From: Methanothermobacter thermautotrophicus str. Delta H
GTDB lineage: Archaea > Methanobacteriota > Methanobacteria > Methanobacteriales > Methanothermobacteraceae
Assembly (NCBI RefSeq): GCF_000008645.1
Contig: NC_000916.1
Location: 810,001 to 842,000, forward strand
Direction: 5' to 3'
DNA length: 32,000 bases
The notes below the pieces were generated by a model. It had not been told where the DNA came from, made no database searches, and saw only the letters and a program-made list of their open reading frames with translations. The position numbers and the translations under genes are program-made. The stretch's first letter is position 1; each line of letters starts with the position of its first letter. Shown in pieces: positions 8,705-16,613 of this stretch.

Positions 8705-10089
8705 TCACCACCAGCATCAAAGGTGACCGTGAAAACAGCCCCATCACGGTTCTCTGCAACTACTGATCCATTGACTCTCCTGAGCATGAAGTTAACGAGT
8801 TTAAGACCAAAACCTGGCGAATCTGAAACCTCAAAATCCTGAGGAAGCCCGCAGCCGTTATCTGCAACCACAAGTGTGCCCCTTCCATCTGAGACCGAAA
8901 GCGTGATCCTCACCTCACCATGGGAGTCTATACCATGATTTATGGCATTTGTAACGAGTTCATTGACAATGAGGCCAATGGAAACCGCGGTGTTGATTCC
9001 CACCCTGACCTCATCAAGTTCCGTCCTGAATACCGTGTCCCTCCCCCGGCACATATTTCGGAGTTCAGAAAGCAGTTCCTCTATGTATTCCGCAAGGTTG
9101 ACCACCATCATGTCCCCTGATCCATAGAGCTTCTCATGGACGAGGGCTATGGACTTAACCCTGTTCTGACATTCCATGAATATTTCAAGGGACCTCTCAT
9201 CCTCTATGTACCTTGACTGAAGCCTCAGGAGACTCGATATCAGCTGAAGGTTGTTCTTGACCCTGTGGTGTATCTCAGATAGGAGGAATTCTTTCTCCCT
9301 TATGGAAGCCTCAAGGGACTCCCTGATACGTTTATCCTCTGTTATATCCTGTTTTATCCCTATCAGAGACTTTGGATTCCCTTCGGAGTCCCTCAGCACC
9401 TCTGCCCTGAGCAGCACGGATGAAGTGGAACCATCATCCCTGAGTATCCTGTATTCACCCTCGAATGAACTCAAAGACCTGATTGAGTCATTGAAGGTCC
9501 TGCGTTCATCAGGGTGTATCCTTGAAACCATCTCATGAATGCTACCACTGAATTCATCCCGTGGGATTCCAAGTATCCGCAGGGCCTCATCAGAGCATGA
9601 TAGGGTGTCCGAGTCAATGTCCCACTGCCAGCTTCCTATCCTCCCTATCTTCTGCGCCTCCCTCAGCTGCCAGTTGCTCTCAATAAGGGACTGCCGTGTC
9701 CTTTCAAGCTCCTGCTCCTTTTCAATCTCCCTTATGGCCCTCTTTATTGCAATGGGGACCTTTGAAAAGTTGCTCTTGAGGACGTAGTCTGTGGCCCCGG
9801 CCTTCAGGGCCTCAACTGCAAATTCCTCGCCGATCTTGCCACTCACAAATATGAAGGGTACCCATGGGCACCTCTCCCGGGCTATTGAAAGGGCTGAGAG
9901 GCCATCAAAGGAGGGCAGGGAGTGGTCTGCCAGTATAACGTCGGGTCTGAACTCATCAATGGCCCTTATAAAGTCCTCTTCATTATCAGCTGTCTCTGAT
10001 ATGAACTCAATTCCGGCCCGCCTTATCTCCCTCTCCATGAGCTCAACGTCCAGCGGGACGTCCTCAAGTATAAGAATCCTGCATGTCAT
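8701..10089 (-). CDS. Hybrid receiver-PAS-histidine kinase (REC + PAS + HisKA_2 + HATPase_c)
   Basis: REC domain (ILILEDVPLD, VILADHSLPSFDG, YVLKS). PAS-like region (IGSWQWDIDSDTL...EGEYRILRDDGS). H-box EIHHRVKNNLQLISSLL. N-box ELVTNAINHG and DNGCGLP. Its stop overlaps the downstream kinase start by 4 nt. Confidence 0.85.
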   Translation of the reverse strand: MTCRILILEDVPLDVELMEREIRRAGIEFISETADNEEDFIRAIDEFRPDVILADHSLPSFDGLSALSIARERCPWVPFIFVSGKIGEEFAVEALKAGATDYVLKSNFSKVPIAIKRAIREIEKEQELERTRQSLIESNWQLREAQKIGRIGSWQWDIDSDTLSCSDEALRILGIPRDEFSGSIHEMVSRIHPDERRTFNDSIRSLSSFEGEYRILRDDGSTSSVLLRAEVLRDSEGNPKSLIGIKQDITEDKRIRESLEASIREKEFLLSEIHHRVKNNLQLISSLLRLQSRYIEDERSLEIFMECQNRVKSIALVHEKLYGSGDMMVVNLAEYIEELLSELRNMCRGRDTVFRTELDEVRVGINTAVSIGLIVNELVTNAINHGIDSHGEVRITLSVSDGRGTLVVADNGCGLPQDFEVSDSPGFGLKLVNFMLRRVNGSVVAENRDGAVFTVTFDAGGE

Positions 10090-10215
10090 CCTATCATCTG
10101 ATCATTTTTGAACCATGTCACATATCTTGATTACTGTTTACAGCAAGTATATCCATGGAACTTAATCACCGGGTTCCAATAAGGCTTATCTATGATTTGG
10201 ACCTAAATATAGTTT

Positions 10216-11175
10216 ATGAGAAAATTCAGAAGGCCCCTCATTGTGCTCAGCCGCTGCATTGAACATGACCACTGCCGCTACGACGGGTCAATGATATCAA
10301 GTCCCTTTGTGAGGCAGTTCGAAGACTACGCAGACTTCATAACGGTCTGCCCCGAGGTTGAGATCGGACTTGGTGTTCCAAGGCCGCCCATCCACATAAC
10401 AGAGGTGGATGGTAAACCCAGGCTTGTGCAGCCAGAAACCGGCAGGGACATAACAGCTGACATGAGATCATTCATAGACTCATTCCTGGGTTCACTGGAT
10501 GCTGTTGACGGCTTCATACTTAAGAACAGATCGCCCTCATGTGGCATAAGGAACGTGAAGGTCTACCGTGGCGAGGGTCGGCGCCCTGGACGTGACGGAA
10601 TGGGTTTCTTTGGAAGGGCCGTGATGGAGAGATTCCCCCACCTCCCCCTTGAAGATGAGGGGAGGCTCCGGAACCTGCAGATAAGGGAGGACTTCCTCAT
10701 CAAGCTCTACCTTGTAAGGGACCTCCGCTCCGTGGAGGGGCTGCAGGACCTCATAGAGTTCCACACCCAGAACAAGTTACTCCTGATGTCCATCAGTCCA
10801 GAGGGACAGAACATCCTTGGAAGGGTGATAGGAGAGCAGACGGACCATGAGGATGCAATTAAGGAATACTCAGAAATATTCCATGAAATCATCCGAGAGC
10901 CCCTTAAACCTGAAAGACTGATCAACGCCCTGCTGCATGCCTTCGGCCATTTTTCATCGGAACTCAATGGCGAGGAAAAGAAATACTTCCTTGAATCTGT
11001 TGAATGGTACCGCAGGGGTGTGGTGCCGCTCCTTGTGCCAATAAGCATACTCAGATCATGGGTTGTGAGGTTCGGAGGATATCTACCTCGAGAAACAGAC
11101 ACTATTCGAGCCCTACCCACGGGAGCTCGTGCCGGTAACCCTCATCATCTGAGGGATCAGGATGATACATGCTGA
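10216..11175 (+). CDS. DUF523 + DUF1722 (YbgA-like) protein; the last ~30 codons appear to be in the wrong frame
   Basis: DUF523-like N-terminus ([20 protein letters not shown]). The expected DUF1722 C-terminal motif appears only in the +1 frame from 11069 ([27 protein letters not shown], stop 11150-11152). See the finding for this region. Confidence 0.75.
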   Translation: MRKFRRPLIVLSRCIEHDHCRYDGSMISSPFVRQFEDYADFITVCPEVEIGLGVPRPPIHITEVDGKPRLVQPETGRDITADMRSFIDSFLGSLDAVDGFILKNRSPSCGIRNVKVYRGEGRRPGRDGMGFFGRAVMERFPHLPLEDEGRLRNLQIREDFLIKLYLVRDLRSVEGLQDLIEFHTQNKLLLMSISPEGQNILGRVIGEQTDHEDAIKEYSEIFHEIIREPLKPERLINALLHAFGHFSSELNGEEKKYFLESVEWYRRGVVPLLVPISILRSWVVRFGGYLPRETDTIRALPTGARAGNPHHLRDQDDTC

Positions 11176-12499
11176 AAGGATAAGAAACCTCAACGGTGAG
11201 GAGCCAGATCTTCGCGGCAGTTACGTTGTGTACTGGATGCAGGCATCTGTGAGGAGCCACTGGAACCATGCCCTTGAATACGCCATTGAAACCGCCAACA
11301 GTCTCAAAAAGCCCCTTATAGTGGTTTTTGGTCTTACAGATGATTTCCCTAATGCCAATTCCCGCCATTACCGTTTCCTCATTGAGGGTCTCAGGGATGT
11401 GAGGTCAAATCTCAGGGAAAGGGGGATTCAGCTTGTGGTTGAAAGGGACTCTCCACCATCCGTTCTTCTCAAATATGCTGATGATGCCGCTGCAGCTGTG
11501 ACAGACAGGGGATACCTTGACATACAGAAGGAATGGGTGGATGAGGCTGCAGGTGCACTTCACATCCCCCTCACACAGGTTGAGTCCAACGTCATAGTAC
11601 CTGTCGAAACGGCCTCAGATAAGGAGGAGTACTCCGCAGGGACCTTCAAACCAAAGATAAAAAGGCACCTGAAGAGATTCATGGTCCCCCTGAGGATGAG
11701 GACCCTGAAGATGGATTCCCTGGACCTTGAACCGGGACCTGAATTTGAGGATGCTGTGAGGGACTTCAGGGCCCCTGAGGATCTTGAACCGTCAGTATTC
11801 CGGGGCGGAACATCCACCGCCCTTTCCATCTTCAGTGAGTTTCTGAGGGAAAAACTTGAATGCTTTGAGAGGTACCGGAACGATCCTGTGAAGAACTGCC
11901 TCTCCAATATGAGCCCCTACCTGCATTTTGGACAGATATCCCCCCTCTACCTTGCACTGAGGGCTTCAGAGGCCGGTGAATGTCCCGAGTTCCTGGAGGA
12001 GCTAATTGTGAGGAGGGAGCTCAGCATGAACTTTGTCCACTACAGTGACAGTTACTCAAGCATCAGTTGCCTCCCTGAATGGGCCCAAAGAACCCTCATG
12101 GACCATGTGGCTGATCCCAGGGAGTATGAGTACAGCCTCAGGGAACTTGAATCCGCCAGTACCCATGATCCCTACTGGAACGCTGCGCAGCAGGAGATGG
12201 TCATCACAGGGAAGATGCACGGCTATATGAGGATGTACTGGGGTAAGAAGATACTTGAATGGACCGATCACCCTGCAAGGGCCTACGACATTGCCCTTTA
12301 CCTCAATGACAGGTATGAAATTGATGGCAGGGACCCCAACGGATTCGCGGGAGTTGCATGGTGCTTCGGCAAACATGACCGTGCCTGGGCTGAAAGGGAG
12401 ATCTTCGGTAAGGTCAGGTACATGAATGACCGCGGACTTAAGAGGAAGTTCAGGATAGATGAATACGTCGATAGAATCAGGGGCCTCATGGATGAGTAG
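11162..12499 (+). CDS. phr: Class II CPD photolyase
   Basis: [18 protein letters not shown] at the N-terminus and the class II C-terminal signature [19 protein letters not shown]...[17 protein letters not shown]. Confidence 0.9.
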   Translation: MIHAERIRNLNGEEPDLRGSYVVYWMQASVRSHWNHALEYAIETANSLKKPLIVVFGLTDDFPNANSRHYRFLIEGLRDVRSNLRERGIQLVVERDSPPSVLLKYADDAAAAVTDRGYLDIQKEWVDEAAGALHIPLTQVESNVIVPVETASDKEEYSAGTFKPKIKRHLKRFMVPLRMRTLKMDSLDLEPGPEFEDAVRDFRAPEDLEPSVFRGGTSTALSIFSEFLREKLECFERYRNDPVKNCLSNMSPYLHFGQISPLYLALRASEAGECPEFLEELIVRRELSMNFVHYSDSYSSISCLPEWAQRTLMDHVADPREYEYSLRELESASTHDPYWNAAQQEMVITGKMHGYMRMYWGKKILEWTDHPARAYDIALYLNDRYEIDGRDPNGFAGVAWCFGKHDRAWAEREIFGKVRYMNDRGLKRKFRIDEYVDRIRGLMDE

Positions 12500-12641
12500 A
12501 GACCACACAGCAGATGAAGAACTTTATCCTCAGGTCCAGTCACCTGGGGTCCACATAAGGATACAAAACTTTTTATCTTCAGGTGACCAACTATCTAGGG
12601 GACTCTAATTATATTACCATTCACTCCAGGGAGGTTAGGAT

Positions 12642-13302
12642 ATGAACATTAACCTTGAGGGATACTACAGAATGCGTTACACATTATTCAGATGGAGACA
12701 CAATCAGAACTGGATAAACAAGACGGTGATGGCCTTTTTCATGCCTGTGTAACAGCCTCCTGGCCCAGGTTGTCATTCCACTGCCATGGACACCCGTACC
12801 AATCACAGCCCAGACACTGGCAGTCCTCATGTCAGGTGTGATCCTTGGAAGGTACTGGGGTGGGCTGAGCCAGCTAATCTATGTGATCATCGGTGCAGCC
12901 GGCGTGCCCTGGTTTGCAGATATGAGCGGCGGCCCTGAGGTACTCCTGGGGGCCACCGGAGGTTACCTGCTGGGATTCATCCTCGCAGCCCTTCTTCTGG
13001 GTCACTTCGTTGACAGACACATAAGGGCCAGAAAGTTCACCCCCATGCTGGGCCTCATGACGATAGCAAACTTCGGCCTCATATACATACCCGGACTTGT
13101 TGTGCTGGGCCTCTGGAGCCTGAAGACCCAGGGCACACTGCCGGGACCATGGGAACTTCTGGTAATGGGACTGCTCCCATTCATACCAGGGGACATCCTG
13201 AAGATAACCGGGGCTGCTGCCCTCACAAGGGCCATAACACCCAAGGAGCCCTATGGTGAAGAGATTGACATCCAGAAGGCAGAAGGGTGGAGGGTGCCCT
13301 GA
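12642..13302 (+). pseudogene. bioY: BioY biotin transporter S-component, reading frame broken near the 5' end
   Basis: An SD-preceded ATG at 12642 (GGGAGGT) opens a 36-codon frame that stops at 12750. The BioY core (PVPITAQTLAVLMSGVILG, GGYLLGFILAALLLG) runs in the +1 frame, open from 12730 to 13302. A T5 run at 12735-12739 lies in the overlap. Confidence 0.7.
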
Positions 13303-13678
13303 TCTAACCATCAGGGCCCATCACCTCCTATGCATGAGGGGCTTTCAGGGGTACGGCTACAGTGAGGAGTTCACAGAAAACCTTGCACGTATCATCCATG
13401 AAATAAAAGGTAACCCCTCAGCTTTCCTCATGATCGTTGATTTTCCAGATGACATATGCCGGGCCTGTCCCTTCATGGATGGTCTCCGGTGTCTCAGGGA
13501 TGAAGAAAGGATCAGATCCATGGACAGGAGAGTCCTGGAACTTCTTAAACTGGAGAGCGGCTGCATGGTGACGTTCCATGACATCGAAGACGCCCTGCTT
13601 GCTCTAATCACTTCAGGCAAGATCATGGAGATATGCGGGGAATGCTCCTGGATGGATCTATGCCTCATCCACAGGTAG
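13253..13678 (+). CDS. DUF1284 family protein
   Basis: IRAHHLLCMRGFQGYGYS matches the N-terminal signature of DUF1284, followed by several Cys pairs. Start is uncertain: ATG 13253 overlaps bioY by 50 nt, and a strong SD (GGTGGAGGGTG, 13286-13296) is followed by no canonical start codon. Confidence 0.65.
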   Translation: MVKRLTSRRQKGGGCPDLTIRAHHLLCMRGFQGYGYSEEFTENLARIIHEIKGNPSAFLMIVDFPDDICRACPFMDGLRCLRDEERIRSMDRRVLELLKLESGCMVTFHDIEDALLALITSGKIMEICGECSWMDLCLIHR

Positions 13679-13698
13679 TTCTTTGCAGATGAAACCAT

Positions 13699-14800
13699 AT
13701 GATTCAAAGAAAACTTGGGTCGACAGATATAGAGGCATCAGTTCTGGGTATAGGCGTTATGCGCTTTCCAGAGGTTGACGGTAGGCTTGATAGGCTGCGG
13801 CAGATAGGATCATGCCTTCGCCCTTGACAATGGTATAAACTACATTGACACCGGCTACACCTACCATGGTGGTGAAAGTGAGGTTTTCATAGGGGACTTC
13901 CTCTCAGAAAACGATTACCCTGATGTTTACGTTGCAACCAAGCTCCCCACCTGGCTGGTGAGGGACAGGAGGGACATGGAGAGTTATCTGAATGAACAGA
14001 TGGAAAGGCTCAGGGGTAAGCTGGATATATACCTCCTCCACAACCTTAAAATGGACTCCTGGCTGGCCCTGAAGGACATGGGGGTGCTTGAATTCCTGGA
14101 CTCACTCAGGGATGAGGGTATATATGCTGGTTTCTCATTCCATGACACTGCAGACGTCTTCTTTGATATATTCGACGCCTATGACTGGGACCTTGTTCAG
14201 GTTCAGCACAACATAGTCGACGATGAACAGGCAAACCCCGCCACCATAGCCCATGCAAGGTCCCAGGGCGCGGGTACCGTTATAATGGAGCCCCTCCGTG
14301 GGGGTTCACTGGTAAGGAACATCCCCCCTGAGGTCATGGAGATATATGAGATGGCCGGGAGGCCCAGGAAACCAGTGGAGTGGTGCCTGAGGTACCTCTG
14401 GGACATGGATGCTGTTGATGTTGTTCTGAGTGGAATGAGCAGCATCTCCGAAGTGAAGGAGAACATCAAAATCGCATCATCCCCTGAGGAACTTACAGAG
14501 GATGACCATGCAATTTTAAGGGAGGTTAAGAGGGCCTACCGTATGAGAAAGACTGTCCCCTGCAGTGAGTGTGGCTACTGCATGCCCTGCCCTGAGGGCG
14601 TGGACATACCACGTAACCTCAGACTACTGAATGACATCTACAGGTTCATGAGTACGAGGGGTGTTAGAACAGAGTACCGTAAGATCATGGGTGAGGCGGA
14701 GAGGGCCTCAAACTGTTCCGGCTGTGGCTCCTGCATGCCCTGCCCCCAGATGATTGACATACCCTCTGAACTCAGGAGGCTCCATGAGAAGCTTGGATAG
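13699..14800 (+). pseudogene. Aldo/keto reductase with C-terminal 2x[4Fe-4S]-type Cys motifs, frameshifted near codon 36
   Basis: The AKR N-terminus (MIQRKLGSTDIEASVLGIGVMRFP) runs from ATG 13699 to a stop at 13825. The rest (DHAFALDNGINYIDTGYTYHGGESE ... CSECGYCMPCP, CSGCGSCMPCP) is in the +1 frame, open from 13808 to 14800. Confidence 0.75.
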
Positions 14801-14810
14801 GTGAATCAGC

Positions 14811-15008
14811 TTGATTGAAAGGTTGAAGTACTCCATTAAAATCTCATTTATGCTGGCTGTTCTTGGTTCTGCTGTCCTGTTTATCTGGGGAATGATCGGA
14901 AGGCTGGATATCAGCTGGGATGTTCTGAGATCAGCCCTTGAGGGTTTTGTTGCCTTTGGTATATTTGGATTCATACTGGGCTTCCTGATATATGACCTTG
15001 AGTCCTGA
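14811..15008 (+). CDS. Possible small two-TM membrane protein
   Basis: ORF with two hydrophobic stretches (FMLAVLGSAVLFIWGMI, FVAFGIFGFILGFLI). TTG start, no clear SD, no family recognised. Confidence 0.3.
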   Translation: MIERLKYSIKISFMLAVLGSAVLFIWGMIGRLDISWDVLRSALEGFVAFGIFGFILGFLIYDLES

Positions 15009-15098
15009 TAAACAGATGTGAGTTGAGGGTCCTCCAGATCACACCAACCATAATGACTTATGTATCATATAACATAGTAATTGAAGGGGGTGATTTCT

Positions 15099-15629
15099 TT
15101 GAAGGTTCCTGAAAATTTCAACCTCCTTGTTACACTGCGCGGCCAGAAGGGTGAAACTGCAGGCGAGGAGATAGTTGGTCTTGAAGAGACTGAAATGGCG
15201 CTATCCAGGTATGAAGGGGAACTTAGAGTCATTGAATCTGATTTTCCAAATGTTATGATGTTTGATCTTAATATGGATCCCCTTGAAGCGGTTAATATTA
15301 TCAAAAATTCTCCAACGACTGTCATATCAAAGGTTGTCCCTGTGGAGGCTGTTGTGAGGACAAGACTTGACAGTATCCTCGAGAAGGTAATAGCGCTGGT
15401 ATCAGAAAAGGTTGAGGCAGGTGAAACCTTCAGGGTGATCTGTGATCTGAGGGGTAGAAGGTATATCAGGTCAGCCGGAGAGCTTGTTGAAGCTGTTTCA
15501 GAGGCTCTTATGGAACGTTTCCCCATCACAGAATCAGATGAACCTGACTGGATCATTCAGATTGAGGTGGTGGGTGATTCTACAGGTGTCAGTGTTCTCA
15601 GGCCCCATCAGGTGATTAAGAAGGAATGA
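15099..15629 (+). CDS. THUMP-domain-like protein
   Basis: The N-terminal FNLLVTLRG pattern and overall size fit small archaeal THUMP proteins. The ORF opens at TTG 15081, but GGGGGTGA (15087-15094) precedes the in-frame TTG at 15099. Confidence 0.55.
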   Translation: MKVPENFNLLVTLRGQKGETAGEEIVGLEETEMALSRYEGELRVIESDFPNVMMFDLNMDPLEAVNIIKNSPTTVISKVVPVEAVVRTRLDSILEKVIALVSEKVEAGETFRVICDLRGRRYIRSAGELVEAVSEALMERFPITESDEPDWIIQIEVVGDSTGVSVLRPHQVIKKE

Positions 15630-15644
15630 TAGTCCCCCAAATAC

Positions 15645-15746
15645 AACTCCTGATTTAGAAATTTTTACGCAACATATATAGATACTCAAATACATAGAAA
15701 ACTCCCTGATTTAGAATTTTTACAGCAACATACTAATAGATAAACT
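15645..15746 (+). repeat. Tandem imperfect direct repeat (period 55 bp) in the promoter/leader of the 15758 gene
   Basis: Copy 1 starts at 15645: AACTCCTGATTTAGAAATTTTTACGCAACATATATAGATA. Copy 2 starts at 15700: AACTCCCTGATTTAGAATTTTTACAGCAACATACTAATAGATA. They differ by a few indels or substitutions. Confidence 0.8.
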
Positions 15747-15757
15747 GGAGGAATTAT

Positions 15758-16408
15758 ATGGAAATACAGAAAGGGGTCTTCCTGTTCCTGTTTGTTGCCG
15801 CCATCCTCCTCGGGATGGGTCAGGCAGCAGCAACAGACGATATAACGACCGGTGAATTACCAACAGGAGGATCAGGTGACTTCATCGTCACATCCGCACC
15901 CTCAAATGGTGTCTACTACACCATTAACGGCGGCATACCAACACTTAACAGTACAAGATACACCGCTCCCATAGTCCTGAACAGAACACTCAACATCAAA
16001 TACATGATAGTGAAAAACGGCACCGTAAAGTACGGTATAATACACCACACCCTAACCGGAAACATCACAAACAGAACATACCCCCACCTCATATTCAACG
16101 AAACACCACTGATACAGATACCCAACGGAACCTACTACCAGCTCAACAACGGCAACATAACACCATACACCACCCCCCTCGCCCTAACCGGAAACACAAT
16201 CATGAAATACCTCAAAAACAGCACCAACACAACACAGATGGGCATAATAAAAAACACACCAGCAAAACTGGTAAACAAGATCAAAACCTCAAAGATCAGG
16301 GTCAAAAAATGGTACAGAAGAGGCGGTAAATGGAGATACAAGTGGAGATACTACTGGACCTACAAACAGATAAAACAGAAATACCAGGAACTCCAGCCAG
16401 CCGCATAA
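15758..16408 (+). CDS. Secreted, N-glycosylation-sequon-rich protein with two internal repeats and an aromatic-basic tail
   Basis: SD GGAGG upstream. Signal peptide MEIQKGVFLFLFVAAILLGMGQAAA. Two repeats (YYTINGGIPTLNSTRYTAPIVL / YYQLNNGNITPYTTPLAL). Ten N-x-S/T sequons. Tail KKWYRRGGKWRYKWRYYWTYKQ. Confidence 0.7.
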   Translation: MEIQKGVFLFLFVAAILLGMGQAAATDDITTGELPTGGSGDFIVTSAPSNGVYYTINGGIPTLNSTRYTAPIVLNRTLNIKYMIVKNGTVKYGIIHHTLTGNITNRTYPHLIFNETPLIQIPNGTYYQLNNGNITPYTTPLALTGNTIMKYLKNSTNTTQMGIIKNTPAKLVNKIKTSKIRVKKWYRRGGKWRYKWRYYWTYKQIKQKYQELQPAA

Positions 16409-16438
16409 TCTTTTACTTTTTTTACCCTTTCGATTTTT
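16409..16438 (+). terminator. Oligo-T tracts after the 15758 gene
   Basis: T4, T7 (16417-16423), T3 and T5 runs lie immediately after the stop codon. Confidence 0.5.
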
Positions 16439-16613
16439 AGCAGGTCTGATGCTTCAGAAATTCTTTAAGATTTAGTTTATAAAAACTCATCTAAATTTTA
16501 ATTTAGTATATAAATATTTTGTTTTATTATCTTGTGGAAAATTTTATATACTGGATATTATTTATTGATGTAAATGTACTACAAGTTGAGGAGGTCTGAT
16601 TATTAAAGACTCA

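Noticed and set aside
8920-10111. A series of plus-strand ORFs (61-106 aa) opposite the kinase genes, with similar antisense ORFs throughout the window (for example 144..656, 1203..1559, 10707..11120, 12056..12508 and 15065..15556)
   Set aside because: They lie entirely inside longer ORFs that have clear family signatures on the other strand. Their translations are low-complexity (Ser/Leu/Arg-rich) and they lack SD motifs, so they are typical shadow ORFs.
13286-13312. A strong SD (GGTGGAGGGTG) followed 7 nt later by CTA, exactly where DUF1284 proteins usually start (x-T-I-R-A-H-H-L-L-C), as evidence of a mutated start codon
   Set aside because: Converting a canonical start codon to CTA would need two substitutions. 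An upstream in-frame ATG (13253) keeps the ORF intact, so I cannot distinguish the alternatives without orthologues. It is recorded only as start-site uncertainty.
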